DNA of 63,592 nucleotides, counting the filler, from Octopus bimaculoides (lineage: Eukaryota): assembly GCF_001194135.2 (NCBI RefSeq). It is 5 parts of 5 records of this genome, joined end to end, with 100 filler letters (N's around TTAATTAATTAA, not from the genome) between each part and the next. Parts side by side here need not be neighbours in the genome. Positions count along the whole stretch, not along the records: positions 1 to 31,274 come from NC_068983.1; positions 31,375 to 43,235 come from NC_068996.1; 3 more parts are not named here. One strand, given 5' to 3'. The notes below the pieces were generated by a model. That model ran no database searches. It saw only the letters and a program-made list of their open reading frames with translations, and was not told where the DNA came from. A program made the translations under genes and the position numbers. Shown piece by piece: positions 27,461 to 40,194 of the stretch. Every line of letters begins with the position of its first letter. Position 1 is the stretch's first letter.

Positions 27461-27573
27461 AAAATATTTTTGAATTACAAACTCTTACTAATATCTGTAA
27501 TTTGATTGAGGAAATGTCCAGTATCAATGTGCAGTTATTTACCTGTATCCTGTATTCTTTGGCTGGTCCGCTA
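27461..27573 (+). CDS. Candidate internal exon of an unidentified host gene
   Basis: Acceptor ttcttttctttttag, donor CTA|gtaaat; open frame (E)NIFELQTLTNICNLIEEMSSINVQLFTCILYSLAGPL; no homology recognised. Confidence 0.3.
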
Positions 27574-29191
27574 GTAAATATTAGAATTTTTGTTTGTTTT
27601 TGCTGGGAGAAAGTTTTTAAATTTTTTTTGTTTTCATACTGTTGATAGCATTTCTTTCTATGCAGATAATAAATATAGCAAGGTTTATTACATTTGAATT
27701 TTAATTACCCTTCAAAATATGTGACTCTAATGCCATTCACAACAACTTTTTCATTGGTTGTAATACAAGTATTGCTGTGTTTTTCTTAAGACGATTTTGT
27801 GTCAGGCATTTATTCTTTACATAAATATGCTGACATGTTTGCAATATTCTGAAAGTTAATAAAGAGATACTAAATAGAATTTGTGCTGTGTTTGAACTGA
27901 GAATTCAGTGAATATGTTTTATTTTTATGTTTTGTTGTTTTTCTTGTTTAAGAATTAATTTGAAATGAAATTCAGCGATAAATTAATTAGCTTAGATTTT
28001 AACTCTATTGAAAATAAAGAAAAAATTGAAAGCAGAAAATCTAGAAAATCATTTAGTGGAAGAAAGCTGTAGAGCAGTTTTTGGACAATTTATTTCAAGA
28101 AGTTGGGTGGGGAGAACCATTTCAAAATATTCATTGACTTCAAAAATGGCAGAAGAAAATGGGAAGAAATCAACCCAGAGAGAGGTGGGAATGGATTGGA
28201 AATACTTTCAGAAAATCTTTATTTGAGAATTAATGAGTTGACATTAAAGAGTGATCTAAAAAAAAGTTACAACAAAATTTAGCTTATCTATTTTAGAGTT
28301 TAATGTTGAGAATCACAGAAAGTGAGTATAGAAAAGTGTATATGTTGAAATGCAATATATACATACAAACATACATACATGCATACACATTCTCACACAT
28401 ACATGCACACATACACATATATAAATACATATATACGTGTGTTTGTTTGTATGCACATACACACACATACACTCATACAGAATGCCTTCTTCAACATTAA
28501 GAAACTGGAATTATTGTGGTTCTGATAAAATATGTAGTAAATGACTGCACATATGTTGACACACAGCGGGAACGCCGTCTTTTTTTAAAGGCGGTGCTCC
28601 AGTATGGCTGCAGTCAAATGACTGAAACAAGTAAAAGAGTAAAACAGAGTATATTCACAAACAAATAAATACATAACTATACATCTCTCTCTCTCTCACC
28701 CTCTCTCTCCCTCTGTTTGTCTGTTTAGCTATCTATCTATCTCTATATACAGAGAGATAAAAAAAAGTAAATAAAGTTGGAAAGGCTCATAAGTATATTT
28801 TAGAGACTGTTTAGTAACATACATTTTGCAAATTTATTTACTTTTTTAACTATAATTTTTGATTTGTATGAACTCCTAACCACTTTTCATCTATCTATCT
28901 AGCTAGCTAGCTAGATAGATAGATACACACACACACACACACATACCTAAATAACAAAAGACAGAAAACAAGCAAATTACAAGGGATGTTCACAATTAAT
29001 ATTATTAGGTTTACACACAAGGAAGGAATAAGTGTTACAGAGTAAAAGTTATAAAATTTCAGGTTTAGTCCTTTGTTAAATGCTAGAGGAGAGTGCAGGA
29101 GAGCCTGGGAAGAGAAGAGAGGAGTTAATAAGGGAGAAAACCAGGAAAGTAGTCCACATAGGTTAGGTTCACACATATATATGTGTGTGTT

Positions 29192-29252
<61 letters not shown>

Positions 29253-31274
29253 GCATGTGATTGTACATACTTATGCATGAATGGACACATGTATACATGC
29301 TTATATGTATTTATGTATGTGAAACACAAGTGCAAAATAATGATTATATATATAGAGCAGTGGTATCAAAACCCCTCATACACCAAAGGAACCAATAATC
29401 GGGGCAAAACCACATATGGGTGTGGGGATGTGAAACCCCACCACCCTGAAGAAATCAGCCAAAGAAGTGCAAAATTATGGTGATGTTCCAGTGTGACCAC
29501 AGCCGCATGGCTGAAATGAATAAAAGAATAAAAGCATATATATGTGTATAATGTCAGTGTTCCACACTGGCATGAATTGGACAGTTTGTCACAGTTAAGT
29601 AATTTATTTGAACATGCTACCTTTCTAGATATATTGGAGGATGCTGTCTTGTTTGTACTTACATTTTTGGTATAGTTTTTTAGCATGAGAAAGTGATGTG
29701 GCTACGGCCCTGATATTATTATAATCTTCTAGTTTCAAATGAGTCATAATAAAGAACACCAAGAAATATGAAGACACAGGTTAAAATTGACAGCCACATT
29801 TATTTTTCCACTAATAGAACATACAGCAAACTGGTGCAACATGAATAATATTGTTAACAAAAATACATTGGTTCCTCATGCAGCTTGTATATGATAATGT
29901 GTGCGGAAAAAGCACAAAGCATGGCATCAAAGATTTCTGCTGACCACCCTCTCCTCTCTGAGGATGCTTAGAGGAAATTCTTTATTTATAGCTGTCAGTA
30001 GGCTCAAAATGCACTGTGCTTTTCTGGTCTTGCAAGTGGTTTGATTGGATAACTTAAAGCATCTAATCAGCATGAACGAATTTGGCCATATGACCTTTTG
30101 TAGAAAACAGGCGAAATACATCACTTTGCACTCTTTAAGTCTAAACATGCTACAGTTTCTCTGGTCAGCTGTTTTTCTCAACTCTAGTAACTTTACAACT
30201 GTGTGTAGGGCACATTTTATTGAGGCCCCAGCATTAAAGAAGTTGTCATGTCCTCAGCAAGATCAAGGAGTTCGCTATACACAATGTTGTCTCTGTCTAA
30301 TCACCAGTTATTTTACAGAGCACACTGAATGTGTTTTATTGTGGTACTAGCACTAGAGAGCTTCCTTGGTTCCCTGTAAGATCTGTGTCTATTTAGTCTC
30401 GTTTCTTTTAAAAGCTGGGATTGAGAGTGTGAATAGAACAGGAGTGATGATCAAAAGTGTAAGTATGGCAGAAGAGTGCTAGAGTATTTACAGGGAGGGT
30501 GTGTGTGTGTGTCTGTGCGTGTGTGTGTGGGTGTGTGGATGAAATGGAATAAAAAGAAAAAAACACCTGCATGTTGGTGGTTGGGAGTTAGTAGCTAGCA
30601 GGAGCAGATGCAATTGCATAAAAGGTATGTCATTGCAAGAGAGAGTGAGTAATGGATAGTAACAGAGATGGTAAGAGAAGCCGATGTCATCTAAAAAATG
30701 GACGAGTGGGAGAGAATCTGTAGAATTACACACACACACATACACACACATGCCCATATGTACATACATATATGCATACATTCATATATACATACATATA
30801 TCTATGAATATAGAGATAGGTTAGGTTAGTGGGTAATGCAACATAAACAACATTGTAGAGATCAGTCTGTAATGAAAGAGAAACAGCTATAACAGTATAC
30901 TTTCTATTTATGTATGAGCATATAACACTGTACTATATAAACAAACACTCTTGCTTTACTTACTGCATGTACTCTGTGACCTACATAACTGTAGATTCCA
31001 ATCAAATGACATTCAGACTATAATACAAGTCCTCACAGTTTCCATTTGGATATTGAGGAATACATACGATGTTCTAAATACAAAATACTCGTCTAATTCA
31101 TATATATTTATCTCTCTCTACACACACATCTTAATCTAAGAATACAATATTATAAATCTATTACAGCTGATTTTACTGATGAGTTTCACACTGGATATAA
31201 GATAACTGGATGGTTATCAAATACATATGCTCTTCAGATATAATATGTGTATGTATATATATATATATATATAT

Positions 31275-31374
31275 NNNNNNNNNNNNNNNNNNNNNNNNNN
31301 NNNNNNNNNNNNNNNNNNTTAATTAATTAANNNNNNNNNNNNNNNNNNNNNNNNNNNNNNNNNNNNNNNNNNNN
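31275..31374. other. Artificial scaffold join 44N+TTAATTAATTAA+44N
   Basis: Identical structure at 43236-43335, 59992-60091 and 61659-61758. Confidence 0.95.
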
Positions 31375-31412
<38 letters not shown>

Positions 31413-32279
31413 CGCACACACACGCACACAGCGTCAGAACTTCATATACACGAAAATTAAGCGCACTCTAAAGCATTAAAATAGTAATATATTTTTTAGC
31501 ATGTTGATTGTAATGGTCTGTCATAAAGTATCCGTTGGTCTCACACCTATAAGACTGTATAGACGACCCAATAGACTGAAATGGCTAGGAGGAGATGATG
31601 TCATCGTCAGTTAATTATGTTAACTAAAAATATACACCCGGAATGGTCGTGCAGGAGGTATTATAAGCGGGTTACGGTTATTTCCCTTACATTATTTCCA
31701 GCAGTGGGTAATATTTGAAGATGCTGTCGCGGTTCTATTTAACGAACGGGAGATTTGAAGCTTGTGGCAGACAACGTCTTACATGTGGGCGTTGTCTAAA
31801 TACTTCTTTCCTTGAGTTTAAAAAGGTCTTCGGGTCAAGCGAGTCCTTTTTAAAAGATTCTTGCTCTTTCTGCCAAGCAAAGCTACATCGTTTGCTACCG
31901 TTTATATTTAATGTTCCTTAGGAAACAATGATCACACATGTGAGGGATAAGTAAGTCGTATTTAGGAGAAAATAGAAAAATTTGAAAAAGGAGACAAACT
32001 CTTAGGATGTTATTAAAACATTTATATCGTTATATCTTCTACATGTGTTCCGATGAATGCATTCAAAATACGTTCGACAGGAAGAATTATGGTCAGCTAT
32101 GAATCAATCTCATCAGGATAGATATAAGAAATCACACTCGTCAAATAGACTTTTTACTAATATAGAAAGTCCTAGAATATGTGACGTATTTATATGCATA
32201 TATATATATATAATTTTTAAAAATCGTGTAGTAAATAAATAAACCAACACATGCTAAATAGACGAACAGAAAATACACA

Positions 32280-32830
32280 AGGTCACCAACTCCTCATCAA
32301 TTATCGGCCTGAGGATCGAATGCAATAATCAGCCATTATCGATTGTCTCCACTCTAGAGGCACCGGAAAGAAACTTTCCGGGAGTGGGAACAAAACATAA
32401 CAAAACGTGGCGGGCTCGAGACGAGACTGTAAGTGGATAGACGAGAGACAAAACAATAAACAGAATAACGGATTAGTGCCAGACGAAGACAAAAATTAAT
32501 GATAAAAAAATAATACATATGCAACAAAAAATGCCTTGGGACTGCAAGACAGACAAAAATGGGTACAGCGATGAAGAAAAGAAAACTGTCATAATGGACT
32601 CTAGAAACAAGAGGGATACAGTGAGGAGCAAAGATAATCGTAACCAGTCCGGTCCAAGGAAACGCGAAAAGAATGACACCGCATTAGGCTGCCACGGGTC
32701 ACGTGATAGTGGTAGGACAGTAACAGGGCGGGAAAGAGACGAAAAGAGAGAGAGGAAATTAAAAGAGAAGCACAGTAAAGAGACAGAGTTACACAAAAAT
32801 AAGTATATTTCTACAAATGAGTAAAATTTT
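32280..32830. promoter_or_regulatory. CpG-retaining unique region with E-box GTCACGTGA (32698-32706); possible promoter/5'UTR
   Basis: Many CpGs, no repeat similarity recognised, USF/TFE-type E-box. Confidence 0.3.
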
Positions 32831-33674
32831 AAGGAGTGCGTGCGTTACATAAATAATATTTTCAGAATTAAATAAAACTACATATATATACTTTTATTCT
32901 TTTACATCTTTTAATCATTTGACTGCGGCCATGCAAGAGCACCACCATAGAGATTTAGTCGACCAAATCGACCTCAAAACTTATTCTTTGTAAGCCTAGT
33001 ACTTATTTCATGAGGTACTATTATAGAACCGCTAAGTTACGGGGACGAAAACACGAATATCAGCGCTTGCACCTATTCTTGTAAGTTTTTCCAATATTTG
33101 AAAATATTTCAAAATGTTTGAAAAACCTACTCACTGGAGTGAAGAGATGGAGTTTATGCAATCATATATATATACATATATATATACAATAGCAAAAGAA
33201 AAATCGAGAGTATAAAAATAAAAATATAAATATAAATATAAATAAAATCCCTACAATTGTTTCGATTCAAACACCAAAACCAAAAGCAAATTCATAAAAA
33301 TTAATATCATGGAAATATTTTTGCGTAAGACTCTTATCAGGGTAACGGACGAAAATGACATAATGAGAAGTTTGAAATCACAGTCTGTTTTGTGATTTCA
33401 AATTATATTATTGTAATAATAATATAACATATTAATAAATTAACATATGTCAATTTGAACTATCCATTTTCCTTTTATTATTGTATATTATGTATATATT
33501 CCCATTTATATTGGAGAAATTTTTCTACTAAATATGTATCATATATTGAGTATTGAACAGTTAACAAGTCAAAATATTGGATATTTTACATTCTTATAAG
33601 AGGAGCTTATCTCCTTGCATTGGATATANNNNNNNNNNNNNNNNNNNNNNNNNNNNNNNNNNNNNNNNNNNNNN

Positions 33675-33742
<68 letters not shown>

Positions 33743-33839
33743 GTGTGTGTGTATGACTCTGAGTATATGTGTACATCCATGCATACATATCCATTCATGC
33801 ATATATACATATCGAACATCTTGAAAGTTCTAGTGCCAA

Positions 33840-34070
33840 ACTTTGTGATTGTAAGCTTTACCAATCCCCGAACTGGACGCTACTGCATAGCAAAGGGCCC
33901 TGTAAAAGTTAGGGTTCAAAGCTCCAACATTTTCAATAACGTGCCACAAATATGTACAGATCTACAAGAAATAGTATAGAATATACTTTAAAAAATTGTA
34001 TCTGAAGTTCCAAATGAATTCATATCAGGGCAAGAACCACAAAGGAGGGCGAGATATCCAGCTCCCGCAT
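33840..34070 (+). mobile_element. CR1-like LINE 3' end, decayed
   Basis: NPRTGRYCI.KGP...VPNE-like terminal residues. Confidence 0.45.
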
Positions 34071-34178
34071 ACACAGAAAAAAATATACTCAGGAGTGTTA
34101 ATATGAATTAAATTTAAAACCACATTAGTGGTGAAACTCCAGCATGCCCACAGATTTAGATGGACAATTTAAATAGGA

Positions 34179-34186
<8 letters not shown>

Positions 34187-34231
<45 letters not shown>

Positions 34232-34465
34232 NNNNNNNNNNNNNNNNNNNNNNNNNNNNNNNNNNNNNNNNNNNNNNNNNNNNNNNNNNNNNNNNNNNNN
34301 NNNNNNNNNNNNNNNNNNNNNNNNNNNNNNNNNNNNNNNNNNNNNNNNNNNNNNNNNNNNNNNNNNNNNNNNNNNNNNNNNNNNNNNNNNNNNNNNNNNN
34401 NNNNNNNNNNNNNNNNNNNNNNNNNNNNNNNNNNNNNNNNNNNNNNNNNNNNNNNNNNNNNNNNN

Positions 34466-34517
<52 letters not shown>

Positions 34518-34824
34518 GCATACATACATACATATGAGTATAAGAGTGGATATTAAATAATTGTTTGTATGTTTATTCGTGTACGTATGTGTGTGCGTTT
34601 CCCTATGTGTGCATTTATAGACATACGCAATTCATATAAACATATATTTATAATCTCTAGAAATGCTTGGATTCTCTCAGAGTAATGATTCTATGATTCG
34701 AAGACTCTATGGTTGTATGAATGGGTTCTCTCCATAATACTACAGAAGTCACTCAACGAACGGAACTTTTCGAAAGTTCAATATTGATATATTAGATATA
34801 CATCATTGCGTATGTGAACATGTA

Positions 34825-34871
<47 letters not shown>

Positions 34872-34988
34872 GCATGTATGTATATACATACATATATATA
34901 TCTATCTATCTCTCTATATTTATATATATGCTTATATATGTATCGGTATGTATATATATATATGTGTGTGTGTGTTTGTGAGTATGCG

Positions 34989-35027
<39 letters not shown>

Positions 35028-35364
35028 GTGTAAACACAACACACACTCACACATACACATACACACTACACACATATATCGGTGCTTATATAGACATATG
35101 TATATACGTATATGTGTATATACACACGCTTCCACCACATATATATTTACATCTAGATATACAAAGCATCAAAGCATTCATGTGCATAACCCTAAACACT
35201 CCCGAGTACACATCTACTCACACACAGGAAAACACACACATAAATACAATACTCATACACATATAATTGTGTATTCTGTGCGTGTACGTGCACTTATATT
35301 TATGTTTGTGCGCGTATGTGTGCATGTGTGTGTATGTGTGTGCATGTGTGTGTGTATGTTTGTG

Positions 35365-35409
<45 letters not shown>

Positions 35410-35420
35410 AACAGAACTGT
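34187..35420. repeat. TA/CA microsatellite field with gap 34232-34465
   Basis: Direct reading. Confidence 0.9.
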
Positions 35421-35630
35421 TTGAGATTATCTGAAGAGCGGAACTGATTCATCTTTATCCAAAATTATACTGTCAGTCTACGATCAGAAAAGTCTGCAAG
35501 AATTTTTATAAATTTCTCTCCCTCCAAACCTATTGATGTGAAGCACATATAAATATAGATAAATGCATATAAATTATAAAATCTCAGGAAATTAGACAGG
35601 TGTATATGCACACACACATTGACTAACACA

Positions 35631-35681
<51 letters not shown>

Positions 35682-36360
35682 ACATACACACACACACACA
35701 TATATATGCTCTTACAGATTGACGCACGTATGTGTGTGTTTCTATATTCTAGTTTATACATATACACATATATGTTTGTGCATTTTTCTCTATTTTTGAA
35801 GATGTTGTATATGTCTGAAAGTGTATATGTCTCTTCGCTTATATCAACGCCCAAAGACACTCATTTTCCTAGTATGTGTATGTGCTAAAATGTTTATACA
35901 TATACATATATCTTTGAGTATATATTTCTGTATATGTGTGTCTTTGTGTGCGTGTATTAATAGTGTATTTTATCTTTGTCATTGTATGAATATAAACTAA
36001 GTTACAGAAGATCAAACGTTACTTCAGCCCTCCCTGAAAAAATATCAAAAATAAAGAACAATGGATAGAAATGAAATGTAAAATATCCACCTCGTTTAGT
36101 ATTTTGTCATAAAACAAAGACGATCTCTATAATGTATGTTGACTATTATTTTATAAAATATACCACAATTTTGAAAATATTAAGGGAAATACTCAAGACA
36201 TTAAAGGAACGATTCGGAACAAGAATATACACATTGGTGTTCCTAAAGGAAATACACTCCTATGCATTTAATCAGTGTAAATACAATTGGATATAAACTG
36301 ATATGAAATATGTATATATGCGATTATATATATATATATGGTGAGAGAAAGTAAAAACTA

Positions 36361-36595
36361 AGGCGGCGAGCTGGCAGATACGTTAGTGCACCGGGCGAAA
36401 TGCTTAGCGGTATTTCGCCTGCTGTTACGTTCTGAGTTCAAATTCCACGAGGTCGACTTTGCCTTTCATCTTTTCGGGGTCGATAAATTAAGTACCGGTT
36501 ATCCGCTGGGGTCGATATAATCGACTTAATCCCTTTGTCTGTCCTTGTTTGTACCCTCTATGTTTAGCCCCTTATGGACAATAAAAAAAATAAGA
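36361..36595 (+). mobile_element. SINE family A, best-preserved copy
   Basis: ggcggcgagctggcag A-box, gagttcaaattcc B-box, gactttgcctttcatcttttcggggtcgataaattaagtacc core, A-rich tail. Confidence 0.9.
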
Positions 36596-36609
36596 AAGTA
36601 AAAACCAGT

Positions 36610-36980
36610 TTGATGCAATGAATAATCTCGAAAGCGGTGAGGTTAGTAAAGAGGCCAAACATGTTATCTTCAGTTCGGTTTTGTACGTATCCTCACCTAT
36701 CTTCATGAATGTTGGATAATGACCGAAAGAAGACGATCGCGAATACAAGCAGCCGAAATGTGGGAAGAATCTCAGGAGTAACGTTACCCGACAATGAACG
36801 TAGCTCAGAGATTAGAGTTCCTCCAGGTCGAACCGCTACATCTTTGTATTGAGAGGTCATACATCCAGCAAAACGGACATATGATTAGAAAGTTACAGAG
36901 AAGAATCGCAAGACAGCTTCTTCAAGTCTAGCCAATAGGAAGGAGACATAATGGCAGGAGAACGAGATGGTTGGATGATA
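36610..36980 (+). mobile_element. RTE-like RT C-terminal fragment
   Basis: GHMIRK...IARQLLQV*PIGRR...RTRWLDDI. Confidence 0.5.
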
Positions 36981-37120
36981 TAAGATCACCATATCGCGCA
37001 CATATGGTTGTGATGCATATGCCTGGTGTACCCTTATCAGACGGGTAGTCATAATGGGTATAATGGGCTTCGTATGTTTTACCCAAGTGTCACTTTGATG
37101 GCATGCTCTGCTCTCTCACT
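36976..37120 (+). mobile_element. Element D, 5'-truncated copy
   Basis: 3' 145 bp of D followed by (TAA)n; joined to the RTE fragment at shared tgatat. Confidence 0.85.
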
Positions 37121-37241
37121 TAATAATAATAATATAAGTAGTAGTAGTAGTAGTAGTAATGATAATGATAATAATAACAACAACAACATTAATAATAATA
37201 ATAGTAATAATAATAGTAATAATAATAATAATAATAATAAT

Positions 37242-37781
37242 GCCCTGATGGCTCTCATGGCTTCTTATGTTAACTGATTGGAAGTGTTATCATGTACATT
37301 GTTTTGTCTTGGTATAAAAGATGGGCTACAGAAAATATTCTGCTTAATACCACAGATTTGCTTGTCAGTTGCTTGATCTTAACCAGTTGAACATGTCCTT
37401 TGGTTGGCTGACAATATGTGCATCTCTGATCACGAGCAGAAGTAATGGGGGAGCATCCTAGCCATGTTTTGAGAGGAATTTTTTGGGGTTTGAATAATTC
37501 ACCTTTGGAAACATGGGTGTTTCGTTCAACATCCTTAAACAACCCTTATTCAGGAACCTTTTGAGCGGAATGGGCTACTCGACCTGAAGAAAATTCTAAC
37601 TGGGCCCCACCTGCAAGGTCATGCGCTGTTTATCTTGATATGAGATCACCATGTCGCGCACATGTAGTTGTGATGCATGTGCCTGGTGTACCCTTATCAG
37701 ACGGGTAGTCATGATGGGTATAGTGGGCTTTGTATATTTTACCCCAGTGTCACTTTGATGGCATGCCCTGCTCTCTCACTC
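37242..37781 (+). mobile_element. Element D, near full length
   Basis: (AAT)n on both flanks; gccctgatg...ctctctcactc. Confidence 0.9.
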
Positions 37782-37852
<71 letters not shown>

Positions 37853-37863
37853 TGATGATAATA

Positions 37864-38336
37864 GCAGTATCAGGTAGTTACTCTCATGGCTTTTGATCTT
37901 AACTGATAGGAAGTGATATCATGTACATTGTTTTATCCTGGTATAAAAGATGAACCGCAGTGAATATTCTGTTCAATAACACAACTTTATTGGTCAGTTG
38001 TTTGACCTTAACCAGTCGAAGCCTTTGTGGCTGACGTTATGTGCATCTCTGATAACGAGCTGAAGTGGTGGGGGAGCGTCATAACCATGTGTTGAGAGGA
38101 ATATTCAGGGTCCTTTTGTGTGGGATGGGCTGCTCAACCTGAAGAAAATTCTAACTGGGGCCCACTTGCAACGTCATGTGCTATTTGTCTTGATATAAGA
38201 TCACCATGTCGCGCACATATTGTTGTGATGCATGTGCCTGATGTACCCTTATCACACTGATAGTCATGATGGGTATATTGGGCTTCGTATATATTACCCC
38301 AGTGTCTCCTTGATGGCATGCGCTGTTCTTTCACTC
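37864..38336 (+). mobile_element. Element D, internally deleted copy
   Basis: Same termini as 37242-37781; AAT-type flanks. Confidence 0.9.
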
Positions 38337-38364
38337 AATAATAATAATAGTAATAATAAATTTC

Positions 38365-40105
38365 TCTTGTAATTTCTAACTTCCTGAAGCATAACATTTC
38401 AATGTGGAAAACAAATCTCCAATTGTACCACTCTAATGGAATACTGACTTCAAACAATATTAACATCAACTGTGGCATTTTCCAGAGTGGCTTACTTTCA
38501 CTTCTAATATTTTGCATAACCCTAATACCTCTTACAAGTGAACTTAATAGAATAGGGTATGGATATAAAACTGACAATAAGAAAATAAACCATCTATTTT
38601 ATATAGATGACTTAAAGCTGTAATGCAAAGTCAATAATGAGCTGGAAGGCCTATTACGTACTGGGAAAGCATTCAGTGATGGCATCGGGATGGAATTTGG
38701 TTTTGATAAATGTGCTAAGGCTACTTTCTTAGAAAGGGAAATGGAAGGCCTCACATTCAGTGGTGTTATATGTTGACACAATTATAAAAGAATTTGAGCA
38801 GGAGCAGACCTACAAATTCCTCGGACTTAATGAAGGCGCTGTCACTCAGCATGCAAGCATGAAAAAGAAGATGAACAAATAATGTTACAAAAGTGGTAGC
38901 AGTCCTAAAATCTAAGCTAAATGCGCGTAATAGGGTGTTAGCTATAAATTCTTAAGAGTTCCTTTTGTTATTTATATTTTCAATGTGTTGAACTGGAATA
39001 TCAGCGAAATAAAAAAAAGATTGACAGGAAAATCCGTAAGCCACGAGATCGTAAGAAGCTTCAATCCGTCAAGAAGCTGGACAAAAAACATGATGGAAGT
39101 GCGGCAACTGTTGTTGCAAAGGTGAAATCAATAGCAAAGCAAAAAGCGTTTCAACAATTGGCTGATAGGTGGGAACAAAGATCACTGCATGACAAATATG
39201 TGGCCTGTAGCAAACAAGGTGATGTAAACCAAAAATACACTCATCAGTGGCTACGGAACTCAGGGTTAAAGGCTGAGTGCTAAGGCTTTATCTTGGATGC
39301 TCAAGATCAGATCTTATTGAGACGGAACTATCAAGCCAACGTAATGAAAAGTAGAGTAGATCCAAAGTGCCGATACTGCAGCGATAAGATTGAATCAGTG
39401 GACCATCTAATTTCTGGGTGTAAAATTTTAGCACCTACATAGTATAAACCAAGACATGACACAATTGGCTAATATCTACACTAGTTAATATGTTGGCATT
39501 ATGAAGTCAAAACTGCTGACAAATTGTACAAGTATTCCATGAGGCTGTAACTGAAAGAGAAAATGTAACAATTCTTTGGGACTTTCCAGTACATACTCAG
39601 AGAACCATCAAAGCTAATAAACCAGATATTGTTGTGAAAGTCCAAAACAATAAAATCTGTTTATTAATTGACATAAGCATAATTTCTGGTCATACTATCT
39701 CGACAAAAGAATTTGATAATCTCAGAAAAAATGTTCAGATTGAAATCGAAAATATTTGGCATCTCAAGACCGTTACAACACTACTGATTGCAGGAGCACT
39801 TGGAATGATCGAAAAAGGAACTGAAAATTATTTGAGGATGATCCCTGAGTTACCATCCATACAAGAAGTGCATATGCTTATTTTCTTTTTTCCCTTTATT
39901 TTCTTTGTTTTCATTTTTCTTGTTTTTATTTTGTCTACTTTCTTTTTTTCTTTCTTTTTCCCCTTTTCTTCTATCATATGACTTTGCAAATGAACAATCT
40001 GGTTTGTTTATTTTAATGGCCTACCAATGTCTACAGTAAGTTTCTTTGCCCAATGTGTCGGGAAGACACTCGGCAAGAAATGGAAACAAAACTGAAAGAG
40101 GATAA
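38365..40105 (+). mobile_element. R4/Dong-type lineage C, 5'-truncated
   Basis: RT motifs NININCGIFQ and INHLFYIDDLKL; CCHC (CRYC...VDHLISGC); RLE (ANKPDIVV...LLIDIS). A T-rich tract interrupts the end; AAT/AAC repeats follow. Confidence 0.85.
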
Positions 40106-40130
40106 TAATAACAACAATGATGACGATGAA

Positions 40131-40161
<31 letters not shown>

Positions 40162-40194
40162 ACAGCAACAACAACAACAACAACAACAATAATG

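Noticed and set aside
32519-32824. 101-aa charged ORF
   Set aside because: Purine-rich low-complexity strand effect; no domain or splice support
33371-33402. 12-bp-arm inverted repeat tttgaaatcaca/tgtgatttcaaa
   Set aside because: Short, isolated and AT-rich; no context to assign a function
37242-37330. HDV-like ribozyme at the 5' end of element D
   Set aside because: A possible P1 (gccctga/tcatggc) is imperfect and I could not build P2/P3/P1.1 by eye; left as a test
37121-38345. CRISPR-like alternation of repeats and spacers
   Set aside because: Units are 145-540-bp element copies separated by microsatellites in eukaryotic DNA; no short conserved repeat with unique spacers and no cas genes
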